The notes below the pieces were generated by a model. It saw only the letters and a program-made list of their open reading frames with translations, was not told where the DNA came from and ran no database searches. The position numbers and the translations under genes were made by a program. Positions 1-12,964 of a stretch of DNA of 64,000 nt are shown here, piece after piece. The stretch comes from Diadema antillarum (taxonomy: Eukaryota): positions 1,674,001 to 1,738,000 of the forward strand of contig NW_027270938.1 in the NCBI RefSeq assembly GCF_040938485.1, written 5' to 3'. The stretch's first letter is position 1, and each line of letters starts with the position of its first letter.

Positions 1-614
1 GTAATTCTTGCTAAAGCGCAGCCCGTGATGAATAATCATCAACTATCACTCTATGAATTAATATCTATAACCTGTGAAACCAATTTACATCATTCATTCT
101 TTCAACATATCCTTATCACTGTTACCGGTACTTTTATCCATGAAAGGGTCTGTATCTGCTTTTAGCAACATGGACAATTGTATTATTTTGCAGACTATTC
201 GCAGAAATAGCTTATCGATCACCCTTATCTTCTTTTTACTCAGATTTTCACTTTCGTTTTCAATCTCTTGCTCAAGTCCTAACAACTTTTCCATCCCTTG
301 TCTCGCTACTCCGTGATTTAGTGGCAATAACATTTGCATGGACTCGGGTAAATTCGATTTGAGTTCTCGCTGCCTATGAAATGCATTAGAACCATGATGA
401 TAATTGAAGGTAGTAGCATTTTGTTAGGATCTTCCGTTATATTTGTTTTTGGGGAGCAAAATTGGATTCTATTCTCTGTTGCAATGAACGCACGTCGTAG
501 ACGCACGGCACTTTGTGTGGAATATCTGTCGATTGCAAACTATGCATTTCGTGATCCACTCCTGTTTTTCAAAACACTATTAGTCTACATATCGTCGCAT
601 CCGCCCCACAAGCA

Positions 615-656
<42 letters not shown>

Positions 657-745
657 ATGTCCACCTAATTATCATGTATGAAATTGATATTTCATGATAT
701 GTTTTCAAGGCAATTTTCTTTTTATACTTGTTTAGACTATATCCT
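1..745 (-). repeat. Duplicated upstream flank of an A-type GPCR gene whose CDS lies left of the window
   Basis: Matches the segments upstream of A1 (~7330-8100), A2 (~18580-19250), A3 (~25790-27560, interrupted) and A4 (~32580-35040, interrupted). Shared motifs include catggactcgggtaaattc and aactatgcatttcg. Confidence 0.8.
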
Positions 746-751
746 GTATTA

Positions 752-1461
752 AAGTTGAGATCACACAAACATACCAATTTCATCTCCACAGTCTTTACTG
801 CATCCCTTGATTTCGCAATTTAGAATTAAAACCATGTCATGAATATATGCATTTGTACAAAGTGGATGTGGCCTGTTCGGCCCACGCTGGAGAAGAGGGA
901 TGGATCGAGACGGGGGACGATGACGCTTGAGGCGAGGGGAGGAATAAAGTTTTGTTGAACTTACTTAAGTCTGGCATGGAGGTGGTTATTTGTTTGTTGT
1001 TAGGAATGTGTGACATGTTGTTGTGCCACCAATATTTTCCTCCCTACCGTAATAACAGGAATGCAAATTATCAATCATAATATATCCATGCAAAGTGTCA
1101 ATTATACCTGGTTTAGAAATTCTTAGAAGAGCAAAACGTGTGATATTGCCGTAAACCGTCAATCAAAGAGGTCGGGAGCGTAGTGAAGCATCGACTAAGC
1201 TCATGGTGTCTCAGGGAAATGTATTTAACTAGGGGCGGATCCAGGAATTCTGTAAAGAGGGGGCGTGTTTACAAAAATAAAGGGGGGGGGGGGCGCACGC
1301 ACCCCTCCCCCATTTTTTTCTTTTTATTTATTTTGTTTCAACAAAAAAATAAAGGGGGGGGGGGCGTGCGCCGGTTGCTGTCCTCCCTGGATCCGCCCCT
1401 GTGACAGAGGAATAACATCCAGTCCTAAGGAATTCCCTGCTAAAGTTATAATATACATCAA
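752..1461 (-). pseudogene. Orphan relic of an A1-like 5'-UTR intron end plus first exon, with no CDS attached
   Basis: 752-830 matches 6940-7020, 1055-1229 matches 7020-7188, and 1412-1461 matches 7184-7233. It retains the minus-strand donor AG|GTATAA at 1107. It is joined abruptly to unrelated unit segments on both sides. Confidence 0.7.
1231..1400. mobile_element. Small TIR element (MITE) with G-rich interior
   Basis: 15-bp TIR aggggcggatccagg / cctggatccgcccct. Absent at the homologous A1 site (gtatttaacatcc, ~7180). No clean TSD was found. Confidence 0.75.
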
Positions 1462-2253
1462 TTCGTTTGATAAATGGTGATTATGTTAGTAATATATGAA
1501 CCATGAAACTTTTGCGTGTTGTTTATTTCATATAGACGGATAGCGATTATAGTATGGTTTTGCGCATACATTAGATGCAAAATATATGGCACATTTACAT
1601 TTGGCTCTTTAGGAAAAAACAACGACAACATCCGCGACTTTCCCAGGGTTCCGTCAGAGGGCGGAGGAGGGGGGTTCCATTGAAACTTCACCCTACTTGA
1701 CCCGATTTCTGTGAATACTTAATAACCATTTTTGGAAACAAAGACATCTAGACTTTCTATGAATTAATATGCTGTTCATTCTCTATTTAGTGCATAAAAG
1801 TCTCTTCAAGGACTTTCATCGTGATAATGGTGTCTGTCAAGACAACTGTATACCATTAAGTGGAATCAAACTCACACTAAATAGGTAACTTTCATGTTGT
1901 GAAATATTCGAAATGTGTGTCTTGTATCATTTTCCCTTTGAGCCATTGCACACGTACACGTGCCAGAAGCTCGATCGTTAATTCCATGTCTTCATTCTAA
2001 TTATCGTATTTCAAAAGTACCAGAATCCATTAACAGTATAGAACGTACTGTGACTCTAAAATAAAAACAAGCAACATCAAAATTAATTTCATTACTCAGT
2101 CACGAAAGAGAAGAAAACATTTTTTTTTAGTCTCACACTACTTTTCCCTACGATTTTTAATCAATATGCATGTTTTAATCAATATATAGGGTCTACAAAA
2201 TTAAAAAAAAATAAACGAATGACTCCGAAAATCTTTTATGAAGAGGCTAGGTA

Positions 2254-3062
2254 CTAGGTGTTACAAAAAAGAAAAAAAAAAATTCCCACTTTTGATGCTT
2301 AATAGCCCGAAAACTGTACATCAAATAAACCTGTCAATGATATGAGTAATAGCTGAATAGTGTACAATTCAATTGGAGATGGTTTGAATATGAAAACCTA
2401 TATCAGTTTCATGAAATCCATGATTAATTTCAAAGTTAGATTCGAGATTTTGGTCAAAAACCCTCTGTACAAAACCTGACCTTTACACAGGAACCAATGA
2501 TGTGTATGTGAGTGTGTATTTACAATGACCCTGAACAATGGACATGGCTACCACCTGTTCAGAGCTTTACTCCAAGGCACATGAATGCTTTATCAATTAT
2601 TCATGATGGATTGCCCTGGGCACTGCTAGTCTGAATTCCTAGCAAAGGGTAAAATGCATGCACATGAAAAAAGTAAGCACATGTTTCCATGCTCATTTCA
2701 GAATGAATAAAGACTAGCTGTGATAGTGGAATTCCTCATGAATAAAGAATAGAGCATTCAAATCCTGGTCATTGTCCAGGACCATTGTCTGGGTGTCAAC
2801 TACACACTCCCATACACACCAATTGACTTCTGTGAAAAGTTAAAGTTTTGTAATGAGGGTTGAAAATAGAGCGAAATTTGAAACCTTACTGAAAAATTAA
2901 CGTTTAATCTAATGGAACTGAATTATGCTGTCATTTTAAAATTGCCTCAAACAAAATTGTACACTATTCAGGTATTGCTCATATTATTGTCAGTGTTACC
3001 TGATATGTAGTTTTTGAACTATTAAGGATCAAAAGTGGGAAATGTTTTTTTGTAACACCTAG
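2254..3062. mobile_element. Tc1/mariner-type non-autonomous element (809 bp)
   Basis: TA duplicated at 2252-2253 and 3063-3064. ~65-bp imperfect TIRs beginning ctaggtgttacaaaaaa. Empty site seen in the paralogous flank at ~8575 (gaagaggccagatatttcgtgtact). Confidence 0.85.
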
Positions 3063-3708
3063 TATTTAGTGTACTATATAAAAAGAAACATTGATTACTG
3101 ATACCTCTGCACACGATTTGCTAATTCCATATGAATAAATGCTTTTCCCCACTTTCTTAATTAGGAGCAAGCTATACATGTCAGTATTTGTACTTAGCTG
3201 AAAAGTATATTTTCCGCTCAATGGATATAGATAACAAGCTCAGGAAATTGTTTTATCAATTTTAATCATCACCAGAGTTGCCAACGAATACGTGATGTTA
3301 AAACCTAATTGCCGACTTCCTATTCAAGAAATCATTTGTGCTTTGTTATTCTTAAAAATACGCCAATGTGACCATGTACAGTGCAAAAAAAAAAAATAAT
3401 CAGCTTACCTCGCTTCTGTTGAAACTTACACTTTGCCCCGTTCACAAAGGGCATGGGGATACATTAGAAAAGTGTACTAAATTCAAACAGAGCTTCGACG
3501 AGCTATTTCAATCTATTTTTCAAAGATCTCGCAAAGAGAGAGAGAGAGCAAAAAAAAAAAAACTTTACCTATCAAATCTTGAAGAAAACAAAAATGACAT
3601 TTACGAATTTGACGTTAACACAAATAGAGTACATCACGCCATGTAAGATTTACAATCTCATTTGAAAATAATGACCCAAACAAAAATCAGTTGAGCTGCA
3701 AATTGTGA

Positions 3709-3975
3709 ATTCTCACATAACCCCCATTCTGAAGCAGCTACATTGGCTTCCTGTTCAGTCACGTATAGTTTTTAAGATACTGTTAGTGACTTATCAGTGC
3801 CGCCATTCAATGGCACCAGAATATCTCAGGAAGTTGTTGGTAAGGTACGCTCCCTCTCCTTATCTAAGATCGACACAAAAAAATCTTCTCCAATGTCCTG
3901 CTATCACAACGAAGTTTTATGGTGAGCGATCTTTTGCTCATGCTGCTCCAACACTGTGGAACGCTGTTCCAAAAT
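3709..3975 (+). mobile_element. LINE (L2/CR1-group) ORF2 C-terminal fragment
   Basis: Translates as SHITPILKQLHWLPVQSRIVFKILLVTY...RS...YGERSFAHAAPTLWNAVP, the typical post-RT C-terminal motif of L2/CR1-group elements. Absent from the paralogous flanks. Confidence 0.85.
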
Positions 3976-4535
3976 GTCCTATCAAAATGTGTCCAGTCCC
4001 TTTGTATTTGACTAAAAACAAAAGTACACAGTAAGTCTGCCACGCTGTAATAATACAGAAAATTAGCGTTAAGAATGTGAAATATGTATGAACTACAACA
4101 TGCCAGACTTAATTTCTTGCAAGTGTACTCAGTATTTTTATAGTCAAATACAACATTATACTGGGCAAGTTCTAACAGTAGAAAAGCAAAGCGTAGTTTT
4201 GAGAATTGTGTTGTAATGGTTTCAATGAACCTCTGGTCAAATCTTTCGTTATTGACGTGTATCGTATCTATATCAATCTTTTGTCCAGCTATCAATAAAT
4301 AGTTTTGATATTCAAAAAGTAGATTGAATCTCAGAAAATAGATGTGTAATTATGGATACATGTATGTATTATTTGACACTCACGAAATAATCACAATTTA
4401 CCTCGCAGTACCCTTTTTCTGCTGTCGTTGTGTTTATTACAAACCGCATAAAACTATATGCTATTATGCCACAGCAAACACCTTAGCTCCCTGTACGCCT
4501 TCGATTGTTACATAGCCGATCTCTTTCGAGATTAA

Positions 4536-4988
4536 AGGGGCATTCAAGACGATTTTCATAATGTCACATCATGTAGTACATAAATCAACAGCTCTGTGTA
4601 TAGATTTGTGGAATTTATTGTGGTTCTTGAGCAGAGAAACAATACTTTCAAAAACCTTACACAAATTACACTGAGCAAGGAAGATGACATAGGAGGCTCA
4701 CATATTTCAGAAATGTAGCAGTATAGTTCCGTTACAATACCGCTTGTTTGCAAGTCCACCTGTGTATAATCTATGCATGTCTTCTTCTTTTGTTCTCCTT
4801 CCTTGAACCCCAACTCATGCATTCTTATGGTGACCATGCCATGTCATCATCCTTGTTCATTGCAATTTGTTATAAATTTTGAAAATATTATAATTCTTCA
4901 TCCCAATTATCATAAATTCTGAAACTAATTTAAATCTAATTTATAGTTGTTCAAATGTAAAAATCTGAAAATCATCCGGAGGTCTCCT
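4536..4988. mobile_element. Kolobok-type MITE (453 bp) inserted at the A1 stop codon
   Basis: TTAA at 4532-4535 and 4989-4992. Imperfect TIRs aggggcattcaagacgattttca / tgaaaatcatccggaggtctcct. Empty site gaaattaattatctttac in A3 (~23872). Confidence 0.8.
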
Positions 4989-6374
4989 TTAATTATCTTT
5001 ACAAAACATCTTCCTAATTGTTTGCCTTAATAGCGGCTGGGCTAGAGTGTATGCAAGGGGATTCAGTGGGCTGTTGCAGTAGGATAGCCATCTTCCGGAC
5101 TCCCGAAGCTGCACCTCAAAGGGAAGGCTGGTAGTCCAGGCCGGCGCTGCTGAGCGGAGTATGATATTCAGGGTATTCAGGAACCATGTCAAGTAAAAAA
5201 TGACGACTAAAAAAGCCAAAGTGCGCAAGGCCTTGCTACCGTCTGAGATCCTCTTCTCGCCCTGATTTTTCGCTGTGGTGATTCCCTCTAAAAGAGGATC
5301 TGGGCTGGCCTTACGTGCTGTTACAGAGCTGCGTTCACCGACGTTCAATGAGACTGGAACCCGGTAGCTGTGGCTCACATCGATAGAACTGAGAGCATTA
5401 CATCTATCCTTGGGGACAGTGCAAGACAATGTATGCTCGCCATCGGGCGGCGAGCCGATCACTGAACCAGATTTTTCTTGCTCTAAAGTGCCAAAAGTGT
5501 CTACATCAGTGGGGGTAACCTTCTCCTTTTGCCGTCGTGCAATGATTTCTTGCCCGTATATGGAAGGAATGTTCTGTTTCACTCCATTTGTTTTCACTTT
5601 TGTGGAAATCTTGTCGTCAGTGACCCTGGGAAGGGAAATATGATGGCTGCCTTTGAAAACCGTTTTTCCCTCCTTCTCGACTTCGGTAGCAAACGATACA
5701 TGATCAACCATTCGGGTACGGCTGGCAGATTTCGCGCGGTAGAAGATTCGAACAGAGAGCACTAAAATCACGCCAAATGGGATACCAGCTCGCAGGACTA
5801 TGATAACGAGCATTGATGCAACATGCTCAACATAGTTTGGATGACAAAACCCTGAAGGCACCACACGCGTATTGGGACTAACCAGGTCCCAAATTGTGCT
5901 CAAACTCATCCAAATAGATAAAGGAATCAACCAGGTCAACACGTTGACAACTATGGCCACCTTCTTGCTCTTCTTCCGGTAGTGAAGGAGTGGGTATGCG
6001 GTTGCTAGGTAACGGTCGAAGCAAATTACCACCGTCCCAAAAACCGATACGCCGGGGAGAACAAGTTGGATGCCTACGAAAATATGACAAAAAGTTTGTC
6101 CAAGAATCCACGTGCGATCAAAAGCAAATATCAACCCACGGATGGGCATACAAATGAAGCCAACCAACAGATCTGCTATCGTTATGTTAATGATGTAGTA
6201 ATTGTTGTATGTCCGTAACTTCTTTTCACAGTAGAAAGCTTGTAGGACCACCAAGTTTACTATTACGGTGATCAGAGAAATGGAAAATAAGACACCTGCT
6301 TGCCAAGAGATATCCAGCGTTGCCTTGAGAACTGTTCCTCCATGGACATCGATCTTACTTGTGACGTTGTTCAT
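4989..6374 (-). CDS. Class A GPCR A1 (aminergic-like orphan receptor), 461 aa
   Basis: Seven hydrophobic helices with N1.50, IADLLVG (D2.50), C3.25, DRY, W4.50, ECL2 Cys, P5.50, long ICL3, W6.48 and NPLAY. Predicted 5'-UTR intron 6385-7068 (AG|GTATGA ... TTACAG). Confidence 0.95.
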   Translation of the reverse strand: MNNVTSKIDVHGGTVLKATLDISWQAGVLFSISLITVIVNLVVLQAFYCEKKLRTYNNYYIINITIADLLVGFICMPIRGLIFAFDRTWILGQTFCHIFVGIQLVLPGVSVFGTVVICFDRYLATAYPLLHYRKKSKKVAIVVNVLTWLIPLSIWMSLSTIWDLVSPNTRVVPSGFCHPNYVEHVASMLVIIVLRAGIPFGVILVLSVRIFYRAKSASRTRMVDHVSFATEVEKEGKTVFKGSHHISLPRVTDDKISTKVKTNGVKQNIPSIYGQEIIARRQKEKVTPTDVDTFGTLEQEKSGSVIGSPPDGEHTLSCTVPKDRCNALSSIDVSHSYRVPVSLNVGERSSVTARKASPDPLLEGITTAKNQGEKRISDGSKALRTLAFLVVIFYLTWFLNTLNIILRSAAPAWTTSLPFEVQLRESGRWLSYCNSPLNPLAYTLAQPLLRQTIRKMFCKDN

Positions 6375-7562
6375 GGCGTCCTCACTGTAATCATGTGAAT
6401 GAAATTAGAATTAAATCATAATTAATTTTCCGCAAACAGCCTTCATATCATTCTATCCTTCACAGTTCGAATAACTACGACTGAGAAAATGCATGGATCT
6501 GTACGTACAAAGTAGAAGCAAAAATCTTAAGAAATCCCTGTATTCTCTTTTTAAGAAAAAGTGACATTCATCGATTGTCAGCTCCCAAAGCGTTCTTCGT
6601 TTTTAACCACTGCATGGTAAAGTCAGGGATTTCTCGACCAAAGGTATGTGAATTTCACCTTATTGGTGAACGGAGTACTAATGGCTAGAATTTGTAGAAT
6701 AAGGAAGCAACCTAACACCAGATTATGTAATTTCCTGTAAAGTAAGAATATAATTCCGCTAATTCAGCTATCTAGAAATAATTTTTTTTATCAAATCGTA
6801 GTACTGACACCACATAAAGATATTGAATAATATCGGACATAAAACATGACTCTTTGAATGAAAAAATGCCAAAAAATGACTCTTCATTTCAAATGAATAC
6901 CTTGGAAGCTAGTAATCGTTATTGAACGTGTCATACTATCAGTTGAGATCATAGAAACATACCAAATTCTTATTCACACTCTTTAATACATAACTCGATT
7001 TCGCAACTTCGAACTAAAATAGGATTACAAAGTATCAATCATTTATCCATACAAAGTATCAATCATACCTGGTTTAAAAATTCTTAGAAGAGCAAAACGT
7101 GATCGCAGTAAACTGTCAAGTCAAAGAGGCCGGGAGAGTAGTGAAGCATCGACTGAGCTCTTATTCTCTCGGGGAAACGTATTTAACATCCATTTTTCAG
7201 GATTTCGTTGCAAAAGTAATGATTTACATCAAATAATAACCTAGTTACTCCTCCATCACAACCCATACTTCCAATCCACCGGGAAAGGCGAGAGTCATAC
7301 ATTCAGAAAACTAATCTTTTTCCCGGCCTGTTGCATTTCTGCAAATGATTCTTGCTACAGCTCAGCCATTGATGAACAGTCGTTGATGTAACCCGCTACT
7401 GATCAATATTCATAACCTTTTTCACCAATCGGAGTCATTTCTTGTCCCCAAGAATTCTAGTGTCAATGGTGCCGCTACTTTTTATTTCCGTTATAAAAAA
7501 TATGCTTCGAGCAACATGCCCATTTACTCACTGATGCTGTTACGTAAATTCTTCACACACAC

Positions 7563-7614
<52 letters not shown>

Positions 7615-9451
7615 CGATTTTTCCATGTACTTTGATAAGAAAAATAAAACTGCAGAGGTTTCGTGCGGAAAAAATGAACATTTTTTTTTTTCATTTCCAA
7701 CTTTTCCTTTCAATCTCCTAAGTAATTTCCATCCTTCATCTCACTACTTATTGATTAGTGGCAGTAACATGCGTATGGACTCGGGTTAATTCAATATCAA
7801 TATCGGTATTGACGTTTAATACTGCTTCTCGACTTGTCGAATGCACTAAAGACATATGATACGTCAGCTCTTGGTAAGATCATCCGATCTATATTATTCG
7901 TTCAAGTATCTACACTCTCTATCATACGCGAAGAAGAGTTGATTCCCTTTTTCATTGCTATAAAAGCGCAATGTCTTTACGTATGTGGATATACTTTGTA
8001 TGGAATGAATATCTACCGTTTGCATTCTATGCATTTCGGACTCCACATCTATTTTCAAATTAGTATCATTACATAAATATTGTCACACCAGCACCTCACA
8101 CAGGTATTCATACACTTTTTTTTTCTTTTCATGATGTTTCCAAGCTGTTCTTATTAGACTTGTCTGGGCAATTCCCTTGGCACGATTAAAGATACCTTAT
8201 GAGCGATTTAAGAAGCCCTTTCATATTTTGAAAAGTTTGAAAGTGTCTCGAGTTTTGCTATTGCTTCAATTGATTTCTCATTTAAACCATATCGCGCAGG
8301 TACACATGCAAAGAAATCAAGCATTTTTTTTTCATGGCTTTATTTGAATCGTCACATTTCAAAGGTAGACCGACCATTAATCTTGTGTAGAACATTAAAC
8401 TGTGCCAGTCAAATAAAAGCAAGCAAAATCAAGTGTTGGCATTCAGTCAAAAAAGAGAAACATTTTTGCATTAAGCACTTGTGTCACCTGCGGTACTTTC
8501 TAAATCAATTTTCTTATTTTAATAGGTACTTCGAAGTCAAACAATGACAAATGATCCCAAAAATCCATTATGAAGAGGCCAGATATTTCGTGTACTATAA
8601 AATAAGAAACACTGATCACTAATGCCTCTGTATTATACTCAATTTGCTAATTTTTAAATGAATAAATACAATTTTCTCAGTTTGTTGATCAAGGAGTACG
8701 ATATGTATACAAGCTTTGAAAGTAGATGTTTTTACAGAGTAGACTATTAACAAACTCATTAAATGCGATTACTTTACATAATGTATATTTCGTTTAGCGG
8801 TTACGATACGAAATATACAGATCAATAAATTGTAATTGCATTTCTAATCATCACCAGAATTGCAAACGAGCTGCCCATTGTTGAAACCTACAGTGTCCCA
8901 CATGTTACGAGTGCTGAAAGATTCTTTAAGTACGCTAATGTCACCACGCAAAGTACAAACAAATAATTATCTTACCTCGCTTCTACAGAAACATGAAACT
9001 CTCACAAAGGACTTTGGGATGAATTAGAAAACAAAGTGTGCTAAAGTCAAATAGAGCTCGAACGACCTATTTCAAAGATTTCATGATAAAGGAGAGAGAT
9101 AAGAAAAAAGAAACACTTTTACGGAGCAAATCTTTTTAAAAAAATGACATGTACGTTTAGGTAGATGTCGTTGACACAAATAAAGTAAATGACGTCATGC
9201 ACGTTCCTTTAAAAGTGCGATTTAAAGCAAAAATCAATATCACTGCAAATTGCAAAGATGGCGATAGGTTGTTTTTTTTTTTTCTAAATCAAGATTTATC
9301 TCACTCCTGTACATGTTGACTGTCCCTTTGGGATCGTTCCAACCGCACTGACTGATATCAAATCTTGTCACTATCATGACTACTGAGTATTGTAAGATTC
9401 TTTGCCTATTTACTTGACAAGCTCCGGTTATTTCTTAGCTGAGTGAGTTTG

Positions 9452-9486
<35 letters not shown>

Positions 9487-12400
9487 GTTCATATAGGGGC
9501 TACATGTTTTGCATTTACATGTATTTTGAAGTGTAACGTTCTTTGTCAACCTCATCAACATGCTGTTTCGAGCTTTCATGAGTGCAAAAGCTACGAAGCA
9601 AATAAAATAATTTTGCATTACACGTCCCATACCGAAGTAGCCTTCAATGGGGTTTCATGAAGTTGTTCTAAACAAGATAATGTAGATACTTAACTGCATC
9701 CCAGTCCCTAACATCGAACGGTAGACACTCTGTCTCGAATTTTGCGTAATGTCCAGTAATAAATACCAAAAAGTGTGAAGTTTGTTTCACGATGTAAAGA
9801 GATTGAACATATCTCTTACAAACGAACCGTTCTTTCGGCATGCACCATGGTAGTTTCATAAACAGAAATACCTTCCGGTAGACTGTACTCATAGATAACC
9901 TAATAATAACAGTTGATAGGTAAAACATAACACTGTTTGGATAATTACGTTTTGTGAAACTATAGAAGATTTTATAGTTAAACTTTATACATACACAAAA
10001 AATTCAATGAAAACTGGACAAAGAATTGATAGAAATAAATTTAATGCATTATTGGATTTCCATTACCAATGAATCACCTCAAACTGTCAATTACCACAGA
10101 TTCTAACAAGACTCATTAAAGCATTTACAACACAATCAAATCTACGCTTTGCCTTTGTGTCAAAATGTGTCCTGTCCCTTTGTATTTGGATAAAAACCTG
10201 AGTAAAGTTGCAAGAAAGAGAGTTATGCCATGTTGTAGGTCATACACATGTTACATTATATTGTTATTAATGTGTGCCAATATTAATGGTTATTATCTGA
10301 CTCTCATGAATGATCCAAAGTTACAGCGCAGTTTTGATTTTTTATCGCTATGTCTGTGACAGACCGCATATATGTTTATATACTATTATATAGATATATA
10401 GATATATATATATATGCCTCAGCAAAAACGCCTTTGCTAACTATACAGCTTTGATCATTACATAGCCCACCTGTCTCAAAATTGGCACTTTTTACAAAAC
10501 ATCTTCCTGATGGTCTGTCGGAGCAGCGGCTGGGCTAGAGTGTAGGCGAGAGGATTCAGTGTGCTGTTGCAGTAGGATATCCATCTTCCGGATTCCCGGA
10601 GTTGCACCTCAAAGACAAGGCTGGTGAACCAGGCCGGCGCTGCGGAGCGGAGTATGATATTCAGGGTATTCAGGAACCATGTCAAGTAGAAAGCAACGAC
10701 TAAAAAAGCCAAAGTGCGCAAGGCCTTGCTACAGTCTGAGATCCTCTTCTCGCCCTGACTTTGTGCCGTAGTGATTCCCTCTAAGAGAGGGTCTGGCTGG
10801 GGCTTAGGTGTTGATGTTACAGAGTTGCGTTCACAGATGTTCATGGACATTGGGACCCGGTAGCTGTGAGTTACATCAGTAGAACTGAGAACATTACATC
10901 TATCCCTTGGGACAGAACATGACAACGTATGCGCGCCATCGGGCGCCAAGCCGAGCACCGAACCAGAATTTTCTTCTGAATACCTTCCTTGCTCTGGAGT
11001 GCCACAAACTTCTAGATCTGTAGGGGGAACCTTAGCTTTTTGCCGCCCTGCAATGATTTCTTGACCATATATGGAAGGAATGCTTTGTTTCACTTCATTT
11101 GTTTTCACTTTTGTGGAAATCTTGTCCTCAGTCTCCCTGGGAAGGGAAATATGTTGGCTGCCTTTGAAAATTGTTTTTTCCTCTTTACCTGCTTTGATCA
11201 CGAAAGACACATGATCAACCATTCGGCTACGGCTGGCAGATTTCGCGCGGTAGAAGATTCTGACAGAGAGCAATAAAATCACGGCAAATGGGATAACAGC
11301 ACGCAGGAATACGATGACGACCATTGATGCAACGTGCTCAGCATAGTTTGGTTGAAAAAACCCTGAAAGCACCACACGCGTATTGGGACTAACCAGGTCC
11401 CAGATTGTGCTCAAACCCATCCAAATAGATAAAGGAATCAACCAGGTCAATAGGTTGACAACTATGGCCACCTTCTTGCTTTTCTTCCGGTAGTGAAGGA
11501 GTGGGTATATGGTTGCTAGGTAACGATCAAAGCAAATTACCACGGTCCCGAAAACTGAGACTCCAGGGAGAACTTGATTGATGCCAGTGAAAATGTAGCA
11601 GAAAGTTTGTCCAAGAATCCAGGTGCGGTCAAACGCGAACATAAGCCCACGAATGGGCATGCATATCAAGCCAACCAACAGATCTGCTATCGTTATGTTA
11701 ATGATATAGTAGTTATTATACGTCCGTAATTTCTTTTCAGAATAGAACGCTAGAAGGATTCCCATGTTTACTATTACGGTGATCAGAGAAATGGAAAATA
11801 AGACACCGCCTTGCCAAGAAATCTCCAGCGTAGCCTTGAGAACTATTTAGTCTGGTAGGAATGGGGGGTCCCCATGCACCCCCCGAACACATTTTTTTAA
11901 CTTACTTTTTTGTAACCCTTAGGGTGTCTAGTTAATGATTTTTTTTGTTCCCAAGAAAAAATCGTGTCCCATGGGGGTCATTGGCGGCCATCTTGGCAGC
12001 CATCTTGGATTTTCAGGGAAAATCATTATCTTCCATAACTTTTGAACTACACAGCATAAAATTATAAATAAAGCATTTCTTCAGGGTAAACGTGACACGA
12101 GGAATCGATTGCAATGGTTATTTACGTGATTAAAGCAAGTCTGAAACAAGAAAAGCCTAAGAATATGCAAATTTCGGTGTCATTTTCACCGAAAAATACC
12201 TAAATAGTTTAACTTTTGAATTACACAACATACAGGGACAAATAAAACAGTAATTCAGAGTTAATATGGCATGAGGAATCGTTTGAGAGAGTTATTTACA
12301 TGATTAAAGCAAGTTACATACAAGAAAAGTCCAAACATGCGAGGAAAACCAGTGTCGTTTACTCTAGAAATATTCCCAAGTAGTCTATATACATACATAC

Positions 12401-12964
12401 ATGACAATCTCATATCTCCTAAGAGTAAACTAACCTCTTTTTCTTAACAGTCTGGTAGGAATGGGGGGTGGGGGGTCCCATGCACCCTCCTTTTTGTATC
12501 CCTTAGGGTGTCTATTTGATTCTTTTTGTCTCCAAGTGAAAATCGTGTCACATGGGGGGGGGGGGGGGTCATTGGCAGCCATCTTGGATTTGCGAGGAAA
12601 ATCATTAATTTCTATAACTTTTGAAGTTTCCAACATACAAGGACAAATAAATAATTTCTCCAGGGTAAATTTGGCATGAGGAATCGATTGACATTGTTAT
12701 TTACATTTTCACAATTATGATACATGAAAAATCCAAACATGCGAATAAAAAAACAGTGTTGTTTGCTCTGCCCAAATAGTCCATATACATACATGACAAT
12801 TATATACCTCATATGATTGACTAACCACTAAAGTCTAGGAATGGGGGATCCTCATGCACCCTAAATTTTTGTATCCCTTCAAGGTGTCTATTAGATGATG
12901 ATTTTTTTTTTTGTTTCCAAGTAATAATCGTGTCGGGGGGGGGGGGGGAGTCATTGGCGGCCAT

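Noticed and set aside
834-1057. Possible solo LTR (tgtcat...ataaca with internal AATAAA) inserted in the orphan intron relic
   Set aside because: No target-site duplication and no second copy in the window, so it was left unannotated.
10476-10490. The A2-specific C-terminus KKCQF as a CaaX prenylation motif
   Set aside because: The Cys is third from the end, not fourth, and the gene is disrupted.
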